Positions 9,880-23,144 of a stretch of 64,000 bases of DNA are shown in pieces. Source of the DNA: Obrimoposthia wandeli (lineage: Eukaryota); assembly GCA_977020255.1 (NCBI GenBank), contig CDROCS010000288.1:1798001-1862000 (forward strand), read 5' to 3'. The notes below the pieces were generated by a model, which was not told the origin of the DNA, searched no databases, and saw only the letters and a program-made list of their open reading frames with translations. The position numbers were made by a program, and so were the translations under genes. Position 1 is the first letter of the stretch. Each line of letters begins with the position of its first letter.

Positions 9880-12800
9880 TAGATAAAAATTATTTTCTGT
9901 AAATTATTCTTTATATATGGCTGAACTTACCTTTTTATTGCACATTTCTTGTAAATATCTTGCAAATCTATTATAATTGGATGATTCAAATCTAATATAT
10001 TTCTTCCAATCAATTTCATTTTAAAATATTGATTTAGTCCAATCAAATTGAATGGTTTAGTCATATTAGTCAATGATATTCACGTCTTTGTTACAAATTA
10101 GTATAAAAGAAAGCGCCATTGGAGAACAAATAATTATAAATGCATTCATATCAAAGACAATTATCAGTGATATTGAGCGATTATGATGATTTAGAAATGT
10201 AAGAAGATTCAGGTAAAAACTTGTTTTGAAGAAGTGAAACAGTATTTCAAATATAAAGTCAGATTCTTGAAGAAGGCTCAACTGATTGCTTTAGTAAATC
10301 CTGTGACAATTGAAATAAGAAAGTTTAGCTATTATCTATCAAATGTTCAAAGACAAGATTTTCATTATCTTAAACAGAAAGTTGATAAAGCAATTCGAAG
10401 TTTTACATTCAATAAGAACGAATTCTAAACCAGCGGAGCTGATGCAGCATTTTTAGATGAATATGGAAGAAAAAAAGATTTTGATGCATTACGAAAAAGA
10501 ATCAATGGACTGTAACAATTCAGCTTCATGGATACAAGAAAGTTGAAATTCGAACAAAGCACCTATGTGGAAAATTGAATGTGCTCGTGTCCATATGTTT
10601 CAACTATTTATTTACTTTATTTTTACCATGTTTCTTTCATCTGCATGTAATAAATTGTAATGTTTTATTTATTTTTATTTCATAATATTTGTATCTTATG
10701 TGTATTTTTATAAACATTGTTTTATAATCAGTTGCTTTGATTTAGAATGGATCGCCTTCTCAGATATGTAGGAAATTTTTATTATCCGGAAAGAATTTCA
10801 GAAGAAAAACCATGTAATATATTAAAGAGGCATCAAATTATACGAATAATAAATTCTGGGAAAATATCAAAAGTAGAAAATAAATATCGAATTGAAACTT
10901 TCACATAATCTGATATTCATAAATAGAAAAATATTTTAGGCTTTTACATACCTGATTATGTATACGAAGGAAATTCTTTCCAGCTTGAAACTGATCCCAG
11001 TCTGGCTTTTAGAGATAATCTAGGTTATTTAATTGTTCCTATTTTAGATTAAAAAAACTATGGAATATTTCAATACGACTCAATGGATATTATACTGATG
11101 ACGGGAAAACACAACCTCTTTGGACTTTGAATGAAGCTAATATGGTGTTTATATTTGATTTTTTTAAATAAATGTATTGAAATGAATTTTGTCTTGTATT
11201 TTATTATTTTCTCCTATAAATTATATAAATCTGACCTAAATATTTTGTTCTTTTAACATATATAAAAGATGTAGTAATTTATTAATCTAAAATATGTTAT
11301 TAGATTTCCTTCTAACATACATAAAATAGTAGTCATATATTCATATAAACTCGTCGTCATCCAACTCAGCGATTAGAGTCGCTTGTAATTGTGACTGAAT
11401 TGATTAGATTTGCACAGATAAATGGAGAAACCAGAAAGACTGAGAGTGCTGAAAAAAATTAGATTCGCAGGAGACAAGCCATATAAGTCAATAATAGTCC
11501 CCGAGTTTCCAAGAGCCACGTTGGGACCAAAAAAGAATGGCCGTATCAAATCGGAGACGCAGAGGAAGATCCGAATCAGTCAATTAAGAGGAATTAAAGC
11601 GACCAAGAAACAAGGACCAGATCAAAAAGATACCAAAATAATCTACACTCTGGCGCATTTAGATAATTATCGCCGCAGTCAATAGGTTCCGGCTTCTTTT
11701 GCCTATTTCAGGTCTTGGTTTTGGCCAAACCATTTTTGAATCTAAAATTGGCCTAACCGGCTTAATGTATCAGCCCCACATAACACAACAATAGTTTTAG
11801 GGATCATCCAATTATCCTAAACACAGGCTTTGCAACACAATCCTACAAACCTTCAGACAATAGAAAACGCCTTCAGATAATAAAGAATAGGTAGGCCACT
11901 TCCATCTGTAAGCCATATCGCTACAGAACTCACGTTGAGGGCCTCCATACGAGAATTCTAAGTAGGTTTCATTAGAAAAACCCAACAAATTTAATGTTTA
12001 TTTATTTTTGAAATAATTTTTGACCTGTGTATTGATACAATATTTTATTAAGAGTCATTAAACAGTATCAAATTTATAATATCTGTTATTGTAACGTTAT
12101 TTACAAATTTGTATATTTATATATATCTATGTTAATATTTGATCTTTAAGGACTTGGAATAATAAATATTTTATATATAATTAAATATCTATTTACTCAG
12201 AATTTTATTTTCAATTATTTTCTATGAAAAATATTATTTGACATGTAATCTTTCTTAGACCCAAATAAAACTAAAGATTGATCTGTATAATTCATGAAGT
12301 GTGACTCAGGTCATTATTATTTCCCATAACTTATTTATGATGGTATAAACATTTAACTTTACGCTTACGATGTAGGTAAGTAAATTAGTGGATGGGAAAA
12401 TGAATGCAAAATCCACGAAAATCAGACATCGGTATGTAGCGTGTTTTAAATATAAAAATAATCGACATGAAGATTTTTATGAAACAATTTAATAACCTTC
12501 TAAAGAAGATGATTTTGTATAAATTTACTCTAATTAGTTTGATTCTGATATAACATAAATTATATTCTCTGCATTATTATCGATTAATATATTTATTTTG
12601 TAATTGTATTTTTTATAACTATTTTCATTATTTAATCTGTAACCGCCTAGAATATAAAAACATCTGGCATCGCAAAAATTTACTAGAATATGAAGGTACT
12701 ATTTGAAAAAAAACTGAAAATTACTCTTAAATTGCATAAGATGAAATAAATAGCTACACAAAAAGGAAAACAAAATTTAGTAAACCATCAAAAACATTTT

Positions 12801-12884
12801 GTATTAAAAAGAAAATATTTTATATACACGATAAAAAGCATGATCTGATCGACTGAAAGTGGAACAGTTAACACGAGACAATGT

Positions 12885-14920
12885 CTACAACTCTGTCTTG
12901 GCATCATCCTTCTTGCTGTCACCCTCAGCTCCTCCAGGTGGTGGTGGGGTTCCTCCTTGTTGCTGGTACAGCTTCGTCATGATGGGCTGTACCACATCTT
13001 CGAGCTTCTTCTTCTGAGCCTTGAGCTCCTCAGCCTCAGCATTGGCGTTCTTCTCGAGCCAGCTGATAGCTTCCTCGGCCGCCTTCACCACTATCTCCTT
13101 GTCGGCTGGAGTCAGCTTTCCTCCGAGCTTCTCCTTGTCATTGGTCTGGGTCTTAAGCGAGTAAGCGTATCCTTCCAGCTCGTTCTTGGCTTCGACCTTC
13201 TCCTTAACCTTCTTGTCCTGCTCGGCGAACATCTCAGCATCCTTGATCATCTTCTCAATATCCTCAGTGTTTAATCGGTTCTGGTCTTTCTGGATGACGA
13301 TCTTGTTCTTGTTACCAGTACCCTTGTCCTCAGCAGACACTTTCAAGATGCCATTGACATCGATCTCGAATGTGACCTCGATCTGTGGCACTCCACGAGG
13401 TGCTGGTGGGATTCCAGTTAGATCGAATTTACCGAGGAAGTGGTTATCCTTGGTCATAGGTCTCTCTCCCTCAAATACCTGGATGGTAACGGTGGGCTGG
13501 TTGTCAGCGGCAGTGGAGAAGACCTGGGATTTCTTGGTTGGGATGACGGTGTTCCTGGGGATTAACTTAGTCATGACTCCACCCACAGTTTCGATACCCA
13601 GGGTAAGAGGACACACATCGAGCAGAACAATGTCACTGGTATCCTCGGCACCACCAATGATTCCGGCCTGTACCGCAGCACCGAAGGCCACAGCCTCATC
13701 AGGGTTGATGCCTCTGCTAGGCTCCTTACCATTGAAGTACTCCTTCACAAGCTGCTGCACTTTGGGAATTCTGGTACTACCTCCAACCAGCACAATCTCA
13801 TGTACATCCTCCTTCTTCATGTCACCATCCTTCAGCACCTTCTCCACTGGCTTCATCGTGGACTTAAACAGGTCCATGTTCAGTTCCTCGAATCGAGCAC
13901 GAGTCAGTGTCTCACTGAAGTCATCTCCTTCAAAGAAAGATTCAATCTCGATTCTGGCGCTATGTGCGTTACTCAGTGCTCGCTTTGCCTTCTCTACCTC
14001 TCTTCTCAGCTTCTGGATAGCCCGATTGTCACCAGTGATGTCCTTACCCTTCTTCTTCTTGTACAACTTTCTGAAGTACGCCATCACTCTCTGATCGAAA
14101 TCTTCACCACCCAAGTGAGTATCACCATTGGTGGCAACCACCTCAAACACACCGTTATCGATTGTGAGCAGGGATACATCGAAAGTACCACCTCCGAGAT
14201 CGAACACTAGAATGTTCTTCTCGCCTCCCTTCTTGTCCAGTCCGTAGGCGATAGCGGCAGCAGTGGGCTCATTGATGATTCTCAGCACATTCAACCCAGC
14301 GATGGTTCCGGCATCACTGGTGGCTTGTCTTTGAGCATCATTGAAGTAGGCGGGAACAGTCACAACAGCATGAGTTACCTTCTTACCGAGATATGCTTCA
14401 GCAATTGTCTTCATCTTTCCAAGAACCATTCCAGAGATTTCTTCCGGTGCGAATTGCTTGGCCTCTTCACCAATATTGACCTCAATTACAGGCTTGTTGT
14501 TTTTGTTGATGACCTTGAAGGGGAAATGCTTCATGTCTTCCTGGACAGTCTTCTCCTGGAATGTGCGACCAATAATTCGCTTAGCATCGAACACTGTGTT
14601 CTCAGGATTGGTGGTCAATTGGTTCTTGGCGGCATCACCAATCAATCTCTCGCCTTCTGGAGTGAAGGCAACATAAGAAGGTGTGATACGATTTCCCTGA
14701 TCGTTGGCAATGATCTCAACACGGCCACCTTTGAACACTCCAACACTGCATTTTTAAATCAATTTTATTGTCAATAAAATAATCATTACCATGAATATGT
14801 TGTTCCGAGATCAATACCAATAACGGTACCGTACTCTTCCTTCTTCTTCTCCGTTTTCTCTTCAGTAGCAAATACCGACAGTATTGCTATCGCAAATATA
14901 AAAAAGAACTTAAGTTTCAT
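12885..14920 (-). CDS. HSPA5: ER Hsp70 chaperone BiP/GRP78, 663 aa; exons 14920-14790 and 14745-12885, 44-bp intron 14746-14789
   Basis: Signal peptide [18 protein letters not shown]; [12 protein letters not shown]^VGVF; Hsp70 signatures [14 protein letters not shown]-like and [13 protein letters not shown]; C-terminal KTEL; GT-AG intron restores the frame. Confidence 0.97.
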
Positions 14921-14973
14921 TTCAATTTGTCTCTAAAAGTGAATTTATAATATTTATTTCTGATAATCAATTT

Positions 14974-14982
14974 CTTTATATA
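14974..14982 (-). promoter_or_regulatory. Probable TATA box of BiP
   Basis: TATATAAAG on the minus strand, between the ERSE and the ATG. Confidence 0.5.
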
Positions 14983-15025
14983 TCGTTAATTACACGTATA
15001 AAAATGTGTAGTCAAATCTATTCGT

Positions 15026-15044
15026 CGTGGTGTAATGTGATTGG
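15026..15044 (-). promoter_or_regulatory. ER stress response element (ERSE-I)
   Basis: Exact CCAAT-N9-CCACG (CCAATcacattacaCCACG), about 105 bp upstream of the BiP ATG. Confidence 0.85.
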
Positions 15045-16324
15045 CCGGCTCTTATTTACGTAATATCTTGTAAATACGTTGTAATGTTAAAACAATTGAG
15101 AAATCAACTAATAACACGTATAAGTGACAAACACCAAATCTACATTTAAAAAATGTAACTAAATATATATAATTTTAAATTTTGAATATATTTTGTAATA
15201 CCCTGCATTTTAAAAAATAAAAATAATTATTTAAATATAGATTTTATGACACATTGGCTTTCTTTATTAACAAAATAATTTTATAAAAAAATTCATGTGA
15301 AATTTATAATTAGTGACAATACAATTATTGATAATTTCATATATGTAAAAATATAAAAAATAATATTATTATTATTAATCATTTTGATACTTTTTGTTCG
15401 TTAAATTGTTTATATTTTTAGTTAATTATTTTACAACAGTTTAAAATAAGAAATTCTGAAGCGTTGATTTGAAAAAATTAAGGTTTAAAATAAACTTATA
15501 CTTAATTTTATATTTTTCTTTAAGATGCATTATAATAAATAAATTCTTGCTTTTTTAATAATATAATTGTTATTTTTTATTTTTAGTTTATTTTATGTAC
15601 CTATTTGTTATTTTTATAATAACACTTTAATCATGAAAATACTGTACGTAAAATAATGTGGACTTATTTTAAAATGAAAATTACTTAACTTCAGACTAAA
15701 AATGTTAATATGTATCAGGCACTAAAAAGTTAATAAAAAGTAATTTTGTATGAAATGCAAAACTTATTAATATTACAGTTCAATATTAAAAATATTTCAT
15801 GCAAATAGTAGATAAGTTGTTGTATTCTAAAGAGTTTAAATTTTATTTCTTTAGATTGTTAGTATAAGCAAATATAAAATTTAACGGTAAGGATAATTTT
15901 ATTACACAATGATTGTAAAATGAGGTTTAAAAAAAACTTTCAAATAAAAACAGTGCAGTAGAATATTTTAATATTAGATGTCAGATAAAACTATAATAAA
16001 AATCTTTGGGAATTTTAAAATAGAATCACTTAGATTGCTTATTATAGAACTGTGTATTGTGTTCATTACAATATAACCAAATGTATTTTGTAAAACTAAA
16101 GTCGATTTCAATTGAGATTTTTTTAATATTTAAGTTAATAAATTTATTTATAGTAAAATTTAGAATATTGATTTTAGAAACATTTATTATTCATAGTAAA
16201 CTTATATTTGAATATTTCAAATTGATGATTACATATTTTTATAATTAATTATTAATTCAATAATATATTTTATATATGGTCATGTAATAATTAATAGTTG
16301 ATAATGCAATTTTACAACACATGC

Positions 16325-19300
16325 ATGAAATTTCCCTCCACACACGTGCCCGGTTTTAAAGGACAGTGGTAATCCCAGGGAGTGTGGATTAGCCCCGACA
16401 TATCCTCTTGCCCAAGTTTTAATTTCCTCATTAACATTCTTAAACTACATTGTTGCACAAAACTGAACCTTAATCTGGCCTGATTTAGTCACTTCTGATT
16501 TTAATATATTCTCAATATTTGAATCTACATCTACGTTTGATAAAAAGTTTATTTCCCATAAGCACCTTAACTATAACGTATTTGTTATTTAGATGATACT
16601 CTATAGTAACACCGTTTTCCCTCCATTTCTTTGGTGGGGCATTATCAAGAAATTTGCCTCGCCTCTTTCTATCTACAATTGCAAACAAAAATCCCCTTTA
16701 GTGAACAACAAGTCTACTAGTTTTATTAAATAGAAGTCCTGTTGATGTTTTCGACTGTGCTGCTGATATTGAGGCTATGGTGGCTGATGTAGAGGCTATA
16801 TTATATAATTTAAAACGAATTACCTCTTAAGCCAGTCAAGCATGACCCGGGTGCCACCATCGTTGATCGTGGTTATGAAATCAAAGACACGCGGGATATG
16901 TGGCTCTGAAGGTCGATAATTTATATACTGAATAAAATGTATTAATAAAATTGTATTTATTTTAAACATTACCTCTAAAGCGTGCAAACATCGATGTAGG
17001 CTCTTGCACTGAAAGGGCATGACAGTTGTATATGGGAACATCATCGGTGATGTCAAAGAAATTTCTGATTTAAAAAAGTAATAAATAATTTAAATGCGCT
17101 TTTTAAATTCAATTTAAAAAATCATAACCAGAATTATCTTTGAAACCTGATGAAGCAGATTCAACTGCCGCTGGTTGGGGAAGTAAGTCGTCTTCGTCGA
17201 CGGCATCCATCTATCTGCCATTATTAAACTGGAAATCGGATACGTCGATTCCGTCCAACCAGCTGTTATTGCTCCACTGCGTTAAATGCTGTTCCATCAA
17301 GAAATCCGGTTGAGTGATTTAATCCATCCAGTCATTGTTCAAGAGTTGAGTTGCAGACACTATGTTCTTCTCCTCAAAGTCCTTCTTCTTTCTTGGTGCA
17401 CTTTTTTCTGGTCCTTCTCACGCTCCAGCTGTCATGCTATTGCATACTGTTTATGGTTGAAACAGAATACATGGCTGTTGGTTGTGGATTCTCCAGTTAT
17501 GCCATGAACTCGTTCAACCCAGCACCGAGCCAGATCCTCTTCAAATTCTGGTTTATTGATGCCCAGAAAGAAGAGATGCAGCCTCCCAAGCTCTTGCCAA
17601 GTTTTGACTGAGACTGGATGGCTGATGAATAACCGGTGGCGTTGGAGTATAGTTTATAGACAAGGTCTCATGCTGTCGGCGCTGGCTGGGAGAAGGAGTA
17701 ATCTCGATCGTTAGGGATTTTTTCGTACAATATCAATATCAATATTAATTTTTGAAATGTTGCAGAAGCAGCTTCAATGCCAGAAGGAATTCTAGTGAAA
17801 CAGTACTGTGTCATTTTGGTAAAATATGCAGTGGTTAGTTTTGAATTTAAAGATAATTTGACATGATAATATACACTACCTAAGTCTAGTGATGTAAAAT
17901 ACTTCGCATCTACGAGTACATCCATCATTTCTTTAGTATTTGATAATGTAAAAATCGGTATTTCAGCAACTGCATTTAATGCTCTGTAATACAAACAAAT
18001 TCTTATATCATCAGTATTCTTTTTTCTAACGCATACAAGAGGTGAATTCCACAGAGATTCACATTTTTCAATTATACCCTTTGTTTTCATTTATTTTAAA
18101 TTATCGTTTATTTTAATCTAATAAATTATGTGGTTGTCTTCTAGGGTTAATAACAATCGGAGGTCCTTGCGTCACTATGTTATGTTTTACTATAACTGTT
18201 TTACCTATATCCCATTTGTTTTGCAAGGGACAGGGATATTTTAAGTTTTGAATCATTATATTTATAGAATGTCGATCATTCATAACATCATAATTTATAT
18301 TGTTTAAACAATTTACAAATAAATTTATATTACTAAAAACGTCAACATATTTTTAAAATTCACAAATATCTAAAGTACTACTAATAAAATCCCTCATACT
18401 CACACATTAACATAAGTTAAACGTTCATTGCTCAATATGACACTTACATTGTTGTTATCACTCTGACAACCTCCTCGTGCAGTGGATAGTTGAAGTGTGG
18501 GTCACGTCTTCTAGCATCTTTTTCACTGACATCTCCAGAGTCGTTGTCTTCAACTACAGCAACTGGAATCCGGCCTCTTTGATCTCCTCTAACTTCGTAG
18601 CAATGGTGCTTGAAATGGCCTTTCTTCTTACAATGGGAACAACTTACATTATGGCATTATGCTCTCTTATATCCCAGCTCTTTACAAGCCCTGCATCATT
18701 TTGTAATTTGCGAATTGTAATCGGAATTTCTTTGGTACGTTCTCTTATTTCCATATTCCTTTTTCTCAAACCGATATTGACTGTTGTCCTTTTTCATTGC
18801 ATTATTCTGGTGTTGGTAATCATGTTGTTGATTCAAATGGTGTTGTTGATAAGGTGCTCTGTCAAACCATTGTTGGTGTGGTCTTCTTTCTGCTGCGTTT
18901 GCATAACTCTTTCTTATTTTGATAGCAGGTAGTTCTTCAGTTGAAGTCAAATTCTTTCTGATCGTGTCCATCCGAGAAATAGTTTATTTTATTTCCTTCA
19001 AATCCCGAACATTGCGTAGCTTCAATTCTTTCAATGCATCTGAACTCATCGAGTTATCCAAAATGCATTTAATGATACCTTCTTTAGTAATAATCTTCTT
19101 TGTCAATTTCCCTACTTTTTAAAGTATGCATAAACATTTTCTGTTGTTTTTTTGTAACTCATAGTCTATGATAAACACTGGAACAATGTTTTCTTCAGTA
19201 GAAAGGCTTTTCTGTGTCGTTCTTTTTTCACTCGTCTTCTCGTATTCATTGTTGGCTTCATTTGATAGGAATACGTTGATGAATGTCGCTTGCAAATTTT

Positions 19301-19450
19301 CTGGAGTTTAGGAAATTTCAAAAAATCGTGTCATTCCGATTAAAAATTCTTCTATATCTTCACCCATTTCATAAATTTTTGAACTTGGAATAAAGGCATT
19401 TAAGTGTTCTGGCGTGGTCACCTTGTTAGTAGACCGAATTTCAGGCATAA
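16325..19450 (-). mobile_element. Heavily deleted Gypsy element: gag remnant (~19450-18700), RT fragment (17668-18090), PPT and the start of the 3' LTR at 16400
   Basis: RT: GIIEKCESLWNSPLVCVRKK..IRICLYYRALN..YFTSLDLGSVYYHV..FQKL; PPT-like GGGCAAGAGGA followed by TGTCGGGGCTAATCCACAC, homologous to the LTR edge at 63544-63607. Confidence 0.75.
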
Positions 19451-20837
19451 CTATATTGATAAATAAACAGCATTCAATGTTGTGCTGAGGATATCTTCTA
19501 TATATATATATATATTCTATATATAGAGGTCATTATTGAGCAATGCGAACATACCACACAATCACCAGCATACAAAAAAAATACAAGACAAAAATTAATT
19601 TCAATAAATTTATTAAATTAATACATCAAATATAAAACACCATTTTAGCTTTACTCCAAGTCCAAAGAGTCCAAAACTTCTTCGGTTGTTGAAATCAAAA
19701 TGAACTTTTGCGGTTGTTAAAATCAAAATGAACTTCTGTAATCATAACTCTTAGATTTAGAATCAGTTCTCATAAACATCAAATTTTCAAAGAATTTATA
19801 ACCTGCAATTAAAAATTATTAATGGAGATTCAAATTAACCACTTAGTGTCACACATTGTCTGCTATGGCGACTTTCCACAGTTCAGTTAACATGAGGCAG
19901 GGGAAATATATAGGTAGACAAATCACAGATATTCCTCACAGCAACCAAAAGTGCAAGCAAAAATCAATAAGTGCACGTAGATACAAACACATATTGAAGG
20001 TCCATCAGAATCCGTCCTCTCCACACTCATAAATGAGAGAGAACACAGGGATTGAACTGAAAAGATAGATGTTGCTGTTGTTGCACTGCTGGTCCGAGAC
20101 AGAGAATGACCACGCATGGAAAAGGCCGAATGGCAGACCGCACGAGGCACAAAGTGAGATAAGACAGATCCGAAAAGACATCGGGCCGCAGTATCAGGAG
20201 AATGAAAGGAGAGATTAAGGCGAGGAAGGATAAATCACACACACAGGCTGCAAGATTGAGGTAGCATAAATATAGTTAGTGTGGAAACGATTTAGCAAGA
20301 GAGGAATGGATGCCGGTATACACAAATGCAATACATTTCAAAAAGGGGTCTCCTTGATGAAAGAGAAGGGGGAAATTGATAGACACAGGGAATGTCAGTT
20401 CGTTAGAGGGATAGTGATGGTGACCGTTTGGGAGAGATTTGTCGCTGGCCGATGCTGTTTGTTGATGAATTGCGACGGACAGGACAGATGAGGCGGCATT
20501 TCACAGGAGACAAAGTGACACGAGAGGGAGACCGTAGCCGCTGTTGTTGTTGCCACCACTGTCACGGTTGTTGGTCGTCAGCCAGAGAGAAGAAAAGGAG
20601 GCTAAGAAGGAGATTGCATCAAACCGCAATCTCCAAAAACAACTTGACAAAGAAGGGAGAGGATCGGTGGGGAGAGACAGTGTCAGTCAGTCAGTGCCGC
20701 AAAGATTGACAATTTTTATAAATTGACAGAAACGAAACAATGAAGATAAATTTCAACAAAAGTAAATTCTGCAGATAACCATAGACTTCATGTGTTTGAA
20801 TGATTTGAGAAATATTAATGTTATAAAGAAGTATAAG

Positions 20838-21802
20838 ACGTTTTGAACAAGGACGTTTGGACTCGAAAATTTTGAACACGGATGGTTTGGACTCGGTATT
20901 TTATTAAAGTAGAACGTTTTGAAATTTCCAGATATTTTTTCGTAGAAAATGGTGTTCTTTCTAGTAAGTTTGTTTGGGTCAATTTATAAGAAATAGATGT
21001 TTTCCGAATTTTTGTTGTTGTAAATTTATAAGACAAAAATTAATAGGATCCAAAGACTGAATTTGTCGCCAATATTGACTGAGTCAGATGATAGAAACAG
21101 TACTGAATGTGAACATTAACACCAAACACAGACTGGAGAGAATGCTCTACACCTCGTTCAAAGTCAACTATAACCACAAATGAATCACACTCTGCCTCCG
21201 ATAAAGTATCACAAAAAGCGAGACGTTGCGATGGGACTCGGTGACGAATATGATGACACGTTCCTCCGCATCTAGGCCATGGTCGTACATGAGGAAGTTG
21301 ATTGGGTTTTCATCAGTGGTATGGCACCAATGACCAGCAAAGGTCAGCTGCTGTAGAGTCTGGGGAACTGTGGGTCAGTGAGCAGCACGGGCACGGTGAA
21401 GTATTCTTATAACTGTATACGTCACTGGAAATCTGACTTTGACCTCGTCCGGAGTAGTAGTAGTAGATAATGTGCAGATTTGGTTGAGTTTGTCGTTGGT
21501 AGTGTTGGCTTGACGTTTCACTGAATGGCACCACAGTTCAATATCTACTGCAGTCTATTCTGTATTTCTTAGAAATTGACCCAAAACTAAAATATGCATT
21601 TCCTATAAATTGATCCAAAACTTTATTTTGAGAATTAACTATTTCATATATAAATTAACTGAAAAAATCTCTTAGAAAGAACTCCATTTTCTACCATAAA
21701 ACTGGTAAGTCTGAAATGTCTTACTTTAAAAAAGGCCAGATGGAACGTTCGAAACCGGAATGTCCGAGTTCGAAACGTCCGTGTCTGAAACATCAGTGCA
21801 CC
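20838..21802 (-). mobile_element. Degenerate Mutator-like (MULE) deletion derivative
   Basis: Transposase remnants FLMYDHGLDAEERVIIFVT and IVDFERGVEHSLQSVFGVNVHIQYCFYHLTQS (DFE...C.FH motif) at ~21077-21297; imperfect inverted repeats at 20868-20896 and 21764-21791. Confidence 0.65.
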
Positions 21803-23144
21803 GTTATAAAGATATGAATTATTTCAATACTATAGAAATGTGGCCAGTTAATTGCAAATTATTGGATGTATAAAGATTTTGAGTATGATTTTTATAAATA
21901 ACTAAAAATGGAGTATTTATCTTTTATCAAATAGCTTTGAAATACTATTAAAATACATTTCAAGAATTTAAAAATGAAGTTTTTTGCTCAAAAATGGTTG
22001 AAATTAATATTTTTGAAAATTTTATTTTCAAAATATTTTTGTATGATTTTTATTTTTTTTTATTATACATGTAGTTTCAATTATTAATATATTTAAGTAT
22101 ATAACTACTTCGACGTTTTGACACTTTACCACTTGAACAATTATATAAGATATAAAATTGACACAACAAAAAATTATTGTAGAACGGGGTAAAGTAAAAT
22201 TAGCCCAGTTTCATTTCAGGATCATTGAAATATGTAATCAAACATTGATTTAAATTTTGACACTTTTAGAGTTATTCAATTTCTTTCTCGCCTTTTGAAA
22301 AATTCTTTCTGCTTCTTTCTTAGTTGATGATGTAACATCAAGATAAGCCAAACTATTTTTAATGATTACATTTTTAGAAGTATTACATATTAAATTAGAT
22401 TCATTCAAAGAGCCAATTTATCACTGAAATAACACCAAACCATGTTATTACCCAATATTCTATAACAAACGTACCAGTAATCTTATCATATTAGTTAATA
22501 CGTAATAATCAAAATAAAAAAACAGTTCAGATGCAAAATAAATGTCATAGATAATTTTTTTAATAAATTATAATTTCATCATTTGTGCATCATTACATGC
22601 AATTTGTTTTTATAATTATCTCAAAATGTGTAATGTATTATCGTTTTAGCAAAATTTAAATAATAATCCTGGAAATTACTTTGATACAAAAGCTTCATGA
22701 ATAAGTAAATTAATGTTTGAAATTAACAGCATAGATCTAAATGGAGATGAAACAACAACAACAAGCTTTTATCAAATGTCAAGTATTTAGAACTTATTTT
22801 AAACAGCTATTATGTAAAATATAGTTAATGATTTAGACGTAGAAAAGACGTTGTTAACTAAATCTGAAAGAGAGGAACTATTTTTAAAAGCTGAAGTATT
22901 GACTTCTATACTGATTGATTAATTATCTTAAGAAATTGTACAAAGAAGGAGAAATTAATACAGCCGTTGCTATTTATTTGCAATGTTTACAGAATCTGGA
23001 AATAAAAACAGCGTTTTCGAGCTTACCAAAATGTTTGAGAGCTGTTAGTTCAGTTACCTGTACAAAATAATAATCTGAATTATGTTCTTTTATCAATGTT
23101 ATATTTAAGTTAAACAACAAAAGATTCTCAAATATTAAAATAAT

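Noticed and set aside
11422-11960. Lys/Arg-rich ORF 11422..11685 and following GC-richer tract
   Set aside because: No recognisable motif, and downstream frames are broken
12957-14777. Long plus-strand ORFs (up to 302 aa) opposite BiP
   Set aside because: Antisense shadows of a GC-rich, codon-biased Hsp70 gene; no motifs
17130-17660. GC-richer insert within the 16.3-19.4 kb Gypsy remnant, possibly an integrase tail
   Set aside because: Only a weak LARAWEAA-like hint; no catalytic or GPY/F motif found
19900-20720. GA-rich tract loosely resembling 58760-59460 in reverse orientation; its ORFs
   Set aside because: Similarity too patchy to define a family or termini by eye; the ORFs are low-complexity
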